From Eledone cirrhosa (taxonomy: Eukaryota), in NCBI GenBank assembly GCA_964016885.1, contig OZ024742.1:159960001-160024000 (forward strand): DNA of 64,000 nucleotides, in the 5' to 3' direction. Shown here in pieces: positions 15,467 through 28,542 of this stretch. Every line of letters begins with the position of its first letter. Positions within the stretch are counted from its first letter, which is position 1. The notes beneath the pieces are model-generated. The model was not told the DNA's origin. It ran no database searches and saw only the letters and a program-made list of their open reading frames with translations. The translations under genes and the position numbers were made by a program.

Positions 15467-15606
15467 CAGTGGCGAAGGGTAACCTGGAAAGCAGGGCATG
15501 CAGTCCAATCGCCATGACGGAAAGTGAGGCTGTGCAGCCTTACCCCAACTTTCCGTCATGGCGATTGGACTGCATGCCCTGCTTTCCAGGTTACTCTTCG
15601 CCACTG
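15467..15606. mobile_element. Hairpin MITE with ~59-bp TIRs (CAGTGGCG ends) inside (TA)n
   Basis: cagtggcgaagggtaacctggaaagcagggcatgcagtccaatcgccatgacggaaagt pairs with actttccgtcatggcgattggactgcatgccctgctttccaggttactcttcgccactg (1 mismatch). Confidence 0.8.
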
Positions 15607-16490
15607 ATATCTATATATGTATATATATATATATATATATACACATGTACACACACATACATGTAATTGAACAATACTGTAAATTATAAACACGTACCTT
15701 GTGTTTTTTCTTTAATAGATTTTGATGACGTACTTTAACAATATCACTCAAACAATTGTTGATTTAAGAGCGAAAAAGCATATTCATTCATAATATACTT
15801 CTGTTGCACTTCATGAGGAAGAAGGAAAAGTATCAACGCTTATATATCACATGTTTGCTGCGCAAGTATATAATCTACTTTGTAGCAGGCTTATTACTCA
15901 ATGCTATGTCAATAAGACCTAGTTTACTGGTGTTATATTAAACGCTGAGGTAATTGCTGGCCTTGTGCCAAAAATAGAAACGTTATATGAAGCAACAAGT
16001 TATGTTCCGACGTAACCTGCCGAGAGCAGTCGTAACTAACTCTTATAAAATGGTGGCCAGCAGTTTATGTTGTTTTCTTCCATTTATCATGTCTGTTTAC
16101 GTATTGTACATTTCTGAAAATTCCGGGAGTAACTCTACGAATGAATGAATAAGTGGGTTTTGTTCCGAAATGTAAAATTGTTTGACAGATATTGCTGACC
16201 AAATCAAGTGAAAAACTAAGGTACAGATTTATTTATTCATTCTATCATTTGAGTGTGGTTGTAAAATGATTTCCGTATTAAAAAAAATATTTTTTGCTGT
16301 TGGGTAATTCTTATATATATATATATATAAACGGAAAAAATGACACTACGGCTTAATACGGGATGTTTGTTTACAAACACACCGAGCATTATAATAAATA
16401 TTCGGTGAATCCATACGTGCATATATATATGTGTGCATGTATGTATATATATATATACATACTACTGTACGTCGGTATACATATATGTAT

Positions 16491-16535
<45 letters not shown>

Positions 16536-16538
<3 letters not shown>

Positions 16539-16618
16539 AAAGAGTCAGGACTCCGAAGCTGTTAGACCTAGCTGTCAAAACGGCCGGAGCTCAGCCGTCG
16601 GGGTCCTGACTCTTTTCC
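16536..16618. mobile_element. Small hairpin MITE inside (TA)n
   Basis: ggaaaagagtcaggac...gtcctgactcttttcc inverted termini with TA runs on both sides. Confidence 0.65.
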
Positions 16619-16849
16619 TATATATATATATATATATTAAAAGTGGAATTATACAATCAAATCTCAAAAGAGGGTAGAGAGAGAGAGACTTATAGATTGT
16701 ATATCACGGAGATATATATTGAGCACTTGCCACACATCTCGGAAGTTGTTTTTCGTTAATTCCTAAGCCGAAATACGATTCTCGCTAATTTATATTTATA
16801 TATATACAAATTTATATTTATATATATACAAATGCAAGGTGATTGAAAG

Positions 16850-17082
16850 GTATGTCGTATCTATTTATTTATAAGACTGTTTATATTGTATTTTGTCTGA
16901 AGATGGCATAACATATTGTTAATATGATATCCCTGAAATATATATAACGAAATAAATATGGTTTTATAAATATAGTTTCCATTTATTTAATATCATAAAT
17001 ATACTCCAAATACTTGTTGAGTGCTTTTATATCAGTTATAAATATTTACTCGTTGTTAACCCAACAATTTAAATATAACTTT

Positions 17083-17085
<3 letters not shown>
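16850..17085 (+). mobile_element. Solo PLE 3' terminus with minimal HHR (16889-16954)
   Basis: tattttgt-CTGAAGA-...-GAAA-tatataTA-acgaaata; homologous to the reverse complement of 17667-17900. Confidence 0.7.
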
Positions 17086-17147
<62 letters not shown>

Positions 17148-17242
17148 GGTGTCTATCTTAACGTGTATACATAGGGAGAGATAGCGAAAGAGATTTTGGT
17201 GCGCTGAACTACTTATGTCATTTTACGTGTGTGTGTGTGTGT

Positions 17243-17308
<66 letters not shown>

Positions 17309-17589
17309 ATGTATATGTATGTGTATGTGTATATATGTGTGTATGTATATATATATATGTTTATGTATATATATGTTTATGTATATATATGTTTATGTAT
17401 ATATATGTTTATGTATATATATGTTTATGTATATATATGTTTATGTATGTGTATGTATATATATGTGTATGTATATATATATGTATGTATATATATATAT
17501 ATGTATGTATATATATATGTATGTATATATATATATGTGTATGTATATATATGTGTGTGTGTGTGAATATATGTATGTATATATATGCA

Positions 17590-17666
<77 letters not shown>
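17085..17666. repeat. (TA)n/(TG)n microsatellite field
   Basis: Visible directly. Confidence 0.95.
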
Positions 17667-17669
<3 letters not shown>

Positions 17670-18228
17670 AAGTTATATTTAAAATTGTTGGTTTACAACT
17701 AGTAAATATTTATAACTGATATAAAAGCACTCGACAAATACTTGGAGTATATTTACAATATTAAATAAATGGAAAACTATATTTATAAAACCATATCTAT
17801 TTCATTATATATATTTCGGGGATATCATATTAACAATATGCTATGCCTTCATCAGACAAAATACAATATAAACAGTTTTATAGATAAATATATTCGACAT
17901 ACCGTAATAAACATCAACTTCATTTGAAGAGGTTCACTCTAGCAGTGAAAATACAGAGAGAAAGAAAGAGAGAGAGAAAAGAGGGAAATAAGAAAGAAAG
18001 AAAGACAAAACGAAGAAAAGGAAGAAAAAGAAGAAAAAGAAGAAATGCATGGGACAAAATAGAGAGATGGAAAAATAGATAAAGCGAAGAGCTTCATGTA
18101 AAGAGACCGAAAGAGATATATATATATATATAGAGAGAGAGGAAATAGAGATAGATACATATATAAATATAGATATAGAAAAATTAGGTAGTGGGAGGTC
18201 ATTTTGAGTAAGTGTATCAATGATGCAT

Positions 18229-18263
<35 letters not shown>

Positions 18264-19032
18264 GCTCAAGTATTAATGTAAGGGAGATATATAGAGAGAT
18301 ATATAGAGAGAAAAATTTAAAAATAGCCAGACATATTCGAGGCGTAGAAAACCCTATGTTTTAATGTATTAGTATTTATAAAACTTACACTATATTGTAA
18401 ATATCAGTATTCCTGAATGAAACAAGTATTCACAATGCGTGAAAATTCATTATCTTATGTTTAGTTTTTTAAAAAAAATTCATATGTCTATGTGAATCCA
18501 ACTGATTCACTCCGCAAATTCAAAGTTCCCGGAAAACATTCTCAATGTGGTATAAAAATTTGAGCGTATTATTATTCTTGCGATTACTCTACAAGATTAT
18601 CTATCAAACAGAAATAGAGAGCAGATTTCAATATACTAATCGAAAATATATATTATATTATAAGCAGAGATAACAATAATAATGATAATAAGTAAAAATA
18701 TATAAAAAATATAAAAATATAGAATAGAAAACTAAAAAAGAATATTACGAAAGAATATTACATAATAAAAATATTGCATATTAAAAAATGTTGCATATTA
18801 AAAATACTACGTATTAAAAATATTACGTATTAAAACTTTACATATAAAAATATTAAAAATATTAAAAATAAAAATATTAATAATAAAAATTTAAAAATAA
18901 AAATTTAAAAATTTACATATAAAAAAAATTTACATATAAAAATATTAAAAATAAAAATAAAATAAAATAAAATAAAAAATAAAAATATAAAAATATTATA
19001 GAATACTACAATACTAAAAGAATAAAAATAAA

Positions 19033-19063
<31 letters not shown>

Positions 19064-21071
19064 TAAAAATGAAAATAAAAATAAACCACAAAGAACAACC
19101 CTTCAAGGTTAATTGACAATATATTGCCAAGTTCACTACAAGACAAAGCCAAAAATTATCTATCAAATCACATCTAGCAAGGAATATCGCAAAAAAGATT
19201 ATGATGTCCAATAATGTCTACATATGTTCCTATATTTAATATATAAGTTTATCAAGTGTAAGGTTAATTCAGAAAATTTGGAGCATCGGCTTTTAGGGTA
19301 GCTTAATTTTTCATGAGGAATGTTTAGATAAAAATAAAAATAAAAATAAAAATAAAAATAAAAATAAAAATAAAAATAAAAATAAATAAAATAAAATAAA
19401 CAATAAAAAGAGTAAAAAGAGGGAATCAAAGATTTAGGAATCAAAAGATTTATCGGCTAGTTCTCATATAAATATAAATCAAACTAAATATACTACATTT
19501 TAAATTTAAATTTATATTTAAACGTTGAGTTTAGTCTATGTTTGCAACAACTGAATAAATTTGTCCGTAGGTTAAGGGAATTTTTAGATTTTAGTATAAA
19601 GAATATCTCCTCTGCGCAGAGGTCACATGTCTCAGAGGATGAATTAAAAGGAATCCCTCTTGAGATTATATTCCAAGCCGTCGAATATCTAACGTTATCT
19701 AGCTTAAGTTGCCAGAGTACACCTGATAGTGCCGTTGAAGATTTTTTATTTGGATCTGTGAAAGAATTCTTGTGGTTATTATAGCGAAGTTTAAATTCCG
19801 TCGATGTGGAACCGACGTAGTTAAAAGAATTAGAGTCAGTATTAACATTACAATTGTATACTATATTTTTAACTAAGCAGTTGTTATTTAACGGACATTT
19901 AGATCTATCTCTACAGTTACATTTGTTAACTTGTATATTATTTATGCTATTATCAGTAGGTTTTAAGTTCCTATTATTTATTCTATTAATATTTTGTGCT
20001 AAATTTTTGGTGGATGAGTAGGTTAATTTAATTGTATGCCTATTGAAGATTGAGTGGTACCTATGTGTTCTAGGGAAGCGATTATCAAGAGCTTTGAAAA
20101 ATAATTTAGCGATGTGGGTTTTAATGTTTAGTGAGAAAGGGGGGGGGCAAACCAAATTATGTTCCTAGTTCTATTTCTTTTTTGTCCTTTGGAATTATTG
20201 TAATGCTTTCTATTATAGTTGTTAATGTTGTTGCCATAATTAAAAAAGTTGTTACTTTGTTTAGTTTGTTTATCATTATCTATGTACACAATCTTATCAG
20301 CATACCCTGCCCTAGCTAGTGCATCATTATAGTATTGGGCCTTTTCGTCAAAAATCTTTCTATTCGACGAGATCCTAGAGACACGTTTTTGGACTGAGTT
20401 TACTATAGTGTTTTTGACAGATCTGGGGTGGTTAGAGTTAAAGTTGACATAGTTTAAGTTTTCATTCAACTTGTGAAAAGGATAGTGGAGACATGTGTTG
20501 AGATTTAATGTTATATCTAGGAAATTGACTATTCTATGGTTGTTCTCAATTTCTATTTTAAGGTTAAAGTAATTAAAAAATTTTGTAATTTGTTTACATT
20601 TTCTATTTAGTTCAGGGTTATTATTATTAATAAGTAAAAGCATGTCATCCCTATATAAACCTCCGGTAGTACCAGGTATTTTCCTATGTAGCGAATTGAT
20701 TAAAAATAAGCCCACAAGGTCAGTTACTTGAGCTGAGTCGGAAGATCCCATAGTTATGTCAAAATTGCTATCTCTATCTGCTCTGGTCCATAATTTGTCA
20801 TCAAATTCTATCAAAGTTTTCCTAGCCGATAATATAATATGCATTTCTTTGCTAGTTAGGTCCGTATGTTTGAATGCGTAATTTAGTGCCTTATTTAGTA
20901 GACTAGGGGTAATAGAAGAATAATAGTTAGCTATATCAAGTTGAATAAACCTATTATTATTGTCATATTTAATTTGCCTAAACCACTCAACAACCTCTCC
21001 AGTTCCCCTCCACAAGCTCAGGTTAGATACATAATCCAAGTTCTTAATTTGCAGTATCACCCTGTCAAGAA
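17667..21071 (-). mobile_element. Left (inverted) arm of the PLE palindrome: RT + GIY-YIG with a 1-bp frameshift, long 3' UTR, HHR at 17798-17863
   Basis: ORFs 20128-21096 and 19493-20155 together match the + arm protein; the frameshift lies in the poly-G run near 20140. Confidence 0.93.
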
Positions 21072-22752
21072 ACCGAAGATCAATATGAAGGACCACAAGA
21101 GGAATTTTGAGATTGACCTGCCAGTTAGATTGATCGCACCTTCAAAATCGGACCTGGGCAAATTAAGCAAAAACATTCTTGACAGGGTGATACTGCAAAT
21201 TAAGAACTTGGATTATGTATCTAACCTGAGCTTGTGGAGGGGAACTGGAGAGGTTGTTGAGTGGTTTAGGCAAATTAAATATGACAATAATAATAGGTTT
21301 ATTCAACTTGATATAGCTAACTATTATTCTTCTATTACCCCTAGTCTACTAAATAAGGCACTAAATTACGCATTCAAACATACGGACCTAACTAGCAAAG
21401 AAATGCATATTATATTATCGGCTAGGAAAACTTTGATAGAATTTGATGACAAATTATGGACCAGAGCAGATAGAGATAGCAATTTTGACATAACTATGGG
21501 ATCTTCCGACTCAGCTCAAGTAACTGACCTTGTGGGCTTATTTTTAATCAATTCGCTACATAGGAAAATACCTGGTACTACCGGAGGTTTATATAGGGAT
21601 GACATGCTTTTACTTATTAATAATAATAACCCTGAACTAAATAGAAAATGTAAACAAATTACAAAATTTTTTAATTACTTTAACCTTAAAATAGAAATTG
21701 AGAACAACCATAGAATAGTCAATTTCCTAGATATAACATTAAATCTCAACACATGTCTCCACTATCCTTTTCACAAGTTGAATGAAAACTTAAACTATGT
21801 CAACTTTAACTCTAACCACCCCAGATCTGTCAAAAACACTATAGTAAACTCAGTCCAAAAACGTGTCTCTAGGATCTCGTCGAATAGAAAGATTTTTGAC
21901 GAAAAGGCCCAATACTATAATGATGCACTAGCTAGGGCAGGGTATGCTGATAAGATTGTGTACATAGATAATGATAAACAAACTAAACAAAGTAACAACT
22001 TTTTTAATTATGGCAACAACATTAACAACTATAATAGAAAGCATTACAATAATTCCAAAGGACAAAAAAGAAATAGAACTAGGAACATAATTTGGTTTGC
22101 CCCCCCTTTCTCACTAAACATTAAAACCCACATCGCTAAATTATTTTTCAAAGCTCTTGATAATCGCTTCCCTAGAACACATAGGTACCACTCAATCTTC
22201 AATAGGCATACAATTAAATTAACCTACTCATCCACCAAAAATTTAGCACAAAATATTAATAGAATAAATAATAGGAACTTAAAACCTACTGATAATAGCA
22301 TAAATAATATACAAGTTAACAAATGTAACTGTAGAGATAGATCTAAATGTCCGTTAAATAACAACTGCTTAGTTAAAAATATAGTATACAATTGTAATGT
22401 TAATACTGACTCTAATTCTTTTAACTACGTCGGTTCCACATCGACGGAATTTAAACTTCGCTATAATAACTACAAGAATTCTTTCACAGATCCAAATAAA
22501 AAATCTTCAACGGCACTATCAGGTGTACTCTGGCAACTTAAGCTAGATAACGTTAGATATTCGACGGCTTGGAATATAATCTCAAGAGGGATTCCTTTTA
22601 ATTCATCCTCTGAGACATGTGACCTCTGCGCAGAGGAGATATTCTTTATACTAAAATCTAAAAATTCCCTTAACCTACGGACAAATTTATTCAGTTGTTG
22701 CAAACATAGACTAAACTCAACGTTTAAATATAAATTTAAATTTAAAATGTAG
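21072..22752 (+). CDS. PLE reverse transcriptase + GIY-YIG endonuclease (5'-truncated, uninterrupted frame), probably Nematis-like
   Basis: Motifs MKDHK..RLIAPSKS, QLDIANYYSSI, FDITMGSSDSA, GLYRDD, VNFLDI, SNHP, WFAPPFS, CNCR..CPL..CL, IVY..YVGST..FKLRY, CDLC. The ORF-track N-terminus (20941-21071) is only read-through from the inverted arm. The clade assignment is from memory of motifs. Confidence 0.93.
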
Positions 22753-23181
22753 TATATTTAGTTTGATTTATATTTATATGAGAACTAGCCGATAAATCTT
22801 TTGATTCCTAAATCTTTGATTCCCTCATTTTACTCTTTTTATTGTTTATTTTATTTTATTTATTTTTATTTTTATTTTTATTTTTATTTTTATTTTTATT
22901 TTTATTTTTATCTAAACATTCCTCATGAAAAATTAAGCTACCCTAAAAGCCGATGCTCCAAATTTTCTGAATTAACCTTACACTTGATAAACTTATATAT
23001 TAAATATAGGAACATATGTAGACATTATTGGACATCATAATCTTTTTTGCGATATTCCTTGCTAGATGTGATTTGATAGATAATTTTTGGCTTTGTCTTG
23101 TAGTGAACTTGGCAATATATTGTCAATTAACCTTGAAGGGTTGTTCTTTGTGGTTTATTTTTATTTTCATTTTTATTTTTA

Positions 23182-23212
<31 letters not shown>

Positions 23213-23982
23213 TTATTTTTATTCTTTTAGTATTGTAGTATTCTATAATATTTTTATATTTTTATTTTTTATTTTATTTTATTTTTATTTTTAATATTTT
23301 TATATGTAAATTTTTTTTATATGTAAATTTGTAAATTTTTAAATTTTTATTTTTAAATTTTTATTTTTAATATTTTTATTTTTAATATTTTTAATATTTT
23401 TATATGTAAAGTTTTAATACGTAATATTTTTAATACGTAGTATTTTTAATATGCAATATTTTTTAATATGCAATATTTTTATTATGTAATATTCTTTCGT
23501 AATATTCTTTTTTAGTTTTCTATTCTATATTTTTATATTTTTATATATTTTTACTTATTATCATTATTATTGTTATCTCTGCTTATAATATAATATATAT
23601 TTTCGATTAGTATATTGAAATCTGCTCTCTATTTCTGCTTGATAGATAATCTTGTAGAGTAATCGCAAGAATAATAATACGCTCAAATTTTTATACCACA
23701 TTGAGAATGTTTTCCGGGAACTTTGAATTTGCGGAGTGAATCAGTTGGATTCACATAGACATATGAATTTTTTTTTAAAAACTAAACATAAGATAATGAA
23801 TTTTCACGCATTGTGAATACTTGTTTCATTCAGGAATACTGATATTTACAATATAGTGTAAGTTTTATAAATACTAATACATTAAAACATAGGGTTTTCT
23901 ACGCCTCGAATATGTCTGGCTATTTTTAAATTTTTCTCTCTATATATCTCTCTATATATCTCCCTTACATTAATACTTGAGC

Positions 23983-24021
<39 letters not shown>

Positions 24022-24495
24022 ATGCATCATTGATACACTTACTCAAAATGACCTCCCACTACCTAATTTTTCTATATCTATATTTATATATGTATCTATC
24101 TCTATTTCCTCTCTCTCTCTATATATATATATATCTCTTTCGGTCTCTTTACATGAAGCTCTTCGCTTTATCTATTTTTCCATCTCTCTATTTTGTCCCA
24201 TGCATTTCTTCTTTTTCTTCTTTTTCTTCCTTTTCTTCGTTTTGTCTTTCTTTCTTTCTTATTTCCCTCTTTTCTCTCTCTCTTTCTTTCTCTCTGTATT
24301 TTCACTGCTAGAGTGAACCTCTTCAAATGAAGTTGATGTTTATTACGGTATGTCGAATATATTTATCTATAAAACTGTTTATATTGTATTTTGTCTGATG
24401 AAGGCATAGCATATTGTTAATATGATATCCCCGAAATATATATAATGAAATAGATATGGTTTTATAAATATAGTTTTCCATTTATTTAATATTGT
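21072..24495 (+). mobile_element. Right arm of the PLE palindrome including AT-rich 3' UTR and HHR at 24387-24452
   Basis: 21176-24495 is the reverse complement of 17754-21071. HHR reads tattttgt-CTGATGA-(stem II)-GAAA-tatataTA-atgaaata. Confidence 0.92.
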
Positions 24496-24514
24496 ATATA
24501 TATATATATATATG

Positions 24515-24591
<77 letters not shown>

Positions 24592-24646
24592 ATACACACA
24601 CATGATGATGATGATGATGATGATGATGCATATATATATATATATG

Positions 24647-25067
24647 TAAAAGTTCTATTTAAATTGTTGGGATACAACAAGCAAATATTTTTATAACTGA
24701 TATAAAGCACTCAACAAATATTTGGAGTAAAAATACGATATTAACAAATGGAAACTATATTTATAAAACCATATTTATTTCATTATACATATTTCAAGGA
24801 CACCAAGTTAAATTATGGTTTGCTTTCATCAGATAAAATATAATATAGATCAGTTTTATAAATAAATATTGACATACCCTTAAAAAATGCAACCATTACT
24901 GTTGGAAGCTCCCGGATAGTGGAGTTGTAGCTTTAATTATATTATTTTTAAAATTAAAAATAATATAATTAAAGCTACAACTCCACTATCCGGGAGCTTC
25001 CAACAGTAATGGTTGCATTTTTTAAGGGTATGTCAATATTTATTTATAAAACTGATCTATATTATAT
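24647..25067 (-). mobile_element. PLE 3'-terminal remnant with HHR (24776-24840) ending in a 230-bp palindrome (24838-25067)
   Basis: Homologous to 46975-47190 plus 47535-47600. Arms 24838-24951 and 24954-25067 are complementary with a 2-nt loop. Confidence 0.8.
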
Positions 25068-25084
25068 ATATATATACATATATG

Positions 25085-25309
25085 ACAGTCCACGCTGTAA
25101 TGTGGCCGTGTAGGCAACACGGTAAAAACCTCCCAGCCCCACACTGTAAATGTGGTTGGTGTTAGGAAGGGCATCCAGCTGTAGAAAACCCGCCAGACAG
25201 TCCTATGCGAGCAAGACAATCACTCTTGCCTCAAGTGGGAAAACCCCCGTCCAAACCCATGCAAGCGTGGAACACGGACGTTAAACGATGATGATGATGA
25301 TGATGATGA

Positions 25310-25310
<1 letters not shown>
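25085..25310 (+). mobile_element. 3' part of an RTE-tailed SINE
   Basis: ggtgttaggaagggcatccagc...catgcaagcgtggaacacggacgttaaacgatgatgat; near-identical copy at 61325-61547. Confidence 0.65.
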
Positions 25311-25340
<30 letters not shown>

Positions 25341-25847
25341 ACATAAATTATCGAGATTCGCATTTCGGCCCACGAAATAACGGAAAACAACCTCCGAGAT
25401 GTGCGGCAAGTGCTCAATGATTCAGATGAACCAGAGCTATAACAAACGTTAAAGGCCAAACACAGTGAGACGATGGTTAAATAATCATAACCAAAACACG
25501 CATAGCCAAACACGCATAGCCAAAAAAACGATCAAGTAATTCGGGTATTGAAAATTTAACCGGACCCCTGGAAGGTTGATAAAATCCAGTATATGGGTTT
25601 CTGCGGCTCCTAAATCAAGTACCGTCCGCTTACATAAATAATGTCAGGCTTCTGGTAAGATGAGTGAACAAGGAAGCCACTTTCTCAACAGGTTTTATTT
25701 CAATGTTAATACAAGGACTGCCTATTGCTGACCCCACGTGGGGTCAGCAATAACGGCGGCGAAGATTCAAAACCGAATCTGAGCTTTCCCGCCTTTGGGA
25801 CAAGCAGTGGTAAGTTGTTACAACCACACATAATATTTTGTTACAAC

Positions 25848-28530
25848 TGATGACCCCGTAAAACAGACACACATCCTTCTAATCATCCACTACAAACGAT
25901 GTCTCTAGCACATGACGATTCATCTACAGCAGAAATGGCAGTCAGGGCGGCATTTACATTAAGGATTCCACCATTCTGGGTGCACGATCCAACACTGTGG
26001 TTCGTGCGCAGTTCGCATCGAACCGGATCGTTAGCGAGGCATCCCGTCTCACACATGTCATCGGTTCGAATGAGGTTCAAGACCTCATTTTAGCACCACT
26101 CAGCTCTGTGTCATATGACACATTTAAAAGAACATTAGTTAAGCGGACGTCGGAGTCGCAGCAGAAGCGTTTGCACCAGCTCCTCATATCGGAGGAATGA
26201 GGAGATAAAAAGCCGACACAACTCCTACGGCGGATGAAGCAGCTCCTGGGAGAACATAAACTCCTGGATGAAATTTTCAAGCAACTCTTCCTCCAGCGTT
26301 TGCCTTCTGCCACACAAGTTGACCTAGCATCCAGCAGGGAGTCCACCACCACAGAAGAACTCGCCGAGCTGGCAGATAAGATCATGGAGGTACCACATCT
26401 GCACTCAACTTTAGCGAATGTGACGCCAGCCGTGCCTCCTACCAATCCTTTCCAGCCCTCCAGTGCCACAGAGATGCCCGATCTACACCAGTTACTGGCA
26501 CAGCAAGCAACACAGATACAGGCCTTGATGCAACAAATTCAGGCCTTGTCACTGGGCAACCCTGCCACGCGTCGGTCCAACATTCGAACTCGCCGATTTG
26601 GTGGTCGCTCAAGAAGTCCGAGCACATCTCGGGATTCACCAGAAATGTGTTGGTACCACCAACAATTCGGGAGACGAGCGCAAAAGTGCAGTCATCCCTG
26701 TTCATTTGTCGAATCAGGGAAACGACACAGCCAGAAACTGAATGCGACGGACGTTTCTGGCCCTCATAACCAAAGTCTCCTATTTTTCATTCAGGATCGC
26801 GTCACAGGCACGCGTTTCCTGGTCGACACCGGTGCTGAAGTCAGCATCATCCCGGTTTCCTGCGTTCCTGAAAAAAGGAGAGAGACACCAGCCTGGCTCC
26901 AGGCGGTGAATCACTCACATATTCCGACCTACGGAGAACAGTCCCTGACACTAAATTTGGGACTACGCCGCACTTTCCAGTGGGTATTTGTTGTGGCTAA
27001 GCTGCTGACCCCTATTTTAGGAGCTGATTTTCTTCAGCACTTCTCGCTGCTAGTGGACCTGAAAAACCAACGACTCATTGACAACTCCACTGGTCTCGCT
27101 GTGTGCGGCATAGCCACTAGGGCAGCCACAGTCAGTCCAGTTATTTCACGATCGACAACAACAACTCGGCACAACCACATCAACAAATACCCAGACGTAG
27201 CTCGATCACTATTCAACGTTTGCCCTATAAAACATGACGTCACACACCACGTAAAAACACACGGCCCACCTGTCGCTGCATGACCTAGAAGGCTACCACC
27301 AGACCGGCTGAAGTCTTTCAAATAAGAATTTCAGCACATGCTGGATCTCGGCATCATACGTCCATCCAGCAGCAACTGGTCCTCACCCATACACTGTGTG
27401 CCCAAGAAGTCGTCGAACGACTGGCGAATCTGTGGCGACTACCGTGCACTGAACAACTGCACCGTTCCTGACTCTTATCCAGTGCCTCATCTACAGGACT
27501 TCTCTAGCTCACTGCACGGGGCTCGCATATTTTCGAAGATCGATCTTGTGCGAGCTTACAATCAGATACCCGTTGAGCCCGCAGATATTCCAAAGACCGC
27601 CGTCACAACACTCCAGCGATTCATCGATACAGTCACCAGAGGTCTACCTTTTGTATACGCATACATTGACGACTTACTGGTGGCCAGCAGCTCCGATGGA
27701 GAACATGAGAAACACCTGGATATCCTATTCACACGTTTGCGTGAATACGGAATTGTTATCAACCCCAGCAAATGTGAGTTCGGAGTTGCGTCCCTTCATT
27801 TTCTGGGACACGTCATTGACAAAGATGGTATTTGCCCACTTAAGGAGAAAGTCAAATCCATCATTGACTTTCCACAACCTACATCTCTCTGCAAACTGCG
27901 AGAATTTCTTGGCCTGTTTAACTTCTACAGAAGATTTGTACTCCACTGTGCAGAGACAGCCCAACCACTCACAGATTTGATGCGACAGCGTACAACCAAA
28001 AACGCAAACATCAATCTCAGCAAAAAAGAATGTACCGCTTTCGCTGAGTTGAAGAAAATGTTGTCCGAGGCTACAATGCTGAGTTACCCCAAACCTGATG
28101 CCCCAATGTGTTTATTGACTGATGCATCCGATTTTGAAGTTGGAGGTGTTCTTCTACAACTCTCTGGCGATATTTGGCAACCTGTATCTTTTTTCTCTAA
28201 GCGATTATAAAACCCGCCGAAACTAAGTACATCACATTCAGTCGTGAATTATTGGCAGCATACCTTGCTGTCAAGCATTTTCGACACATGCTAGAAGGTC
28301 GTGTGTTCTCTATATACACCAACCACAAACCACTAGTGTACACGTTCAACGCCAAGCCTGACCGACACTCACCCAGGGAGGTCCGACATCTGGACTTCAT
28401 TTCTCAGTACACTACTGATATTCGGTACATTAAGGGTGCCACCAACTCAGCAGCTGATGCCCTATCGTGCATGGAGCTTAACGCAATCCACACCACTGCC
28501 ACTATCGACCTCCACTCTACAGAAAAATAA
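25848..28530 (+). mobile_element. Degenerate Ty3/Gypsy LTR retrotransposon (gag, protease, RT, RNase H), truncated before integrase
   Basis: PBS-like tgatgaccccg at 25848; gag RIPPFW; protease FLVDTGAEVS; [23 protein letters not shown]; RNase H TDASD, ELLAAYLAVKHFRH. Cut off where the PLE begins at ~28543. Confidence 0.92.
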
Positions 28531-28542
28531 TTTTCCAGAGTT

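Noticed and set aside
16005-16225. Possible promoter or first exon of the host gene (aaaatggtgg motif, aag|gtacag donor)
   Set aside because: Motifs are too short and there is no way to link them to exon A 30 kb away without transcript data.
20941-21071. N-terminal 44 aa of the 603-aa ORF
   Set aside because: Antisense read-through of the inverted arm; the real PLE frame starts at the junction near 21072.
25847-25853. CTGATGA as a possible hammerhead core
   Set aside because: No stems or suitably placed GAAA; better explained as a mutated Gypsy PBS (tggtgacccc).
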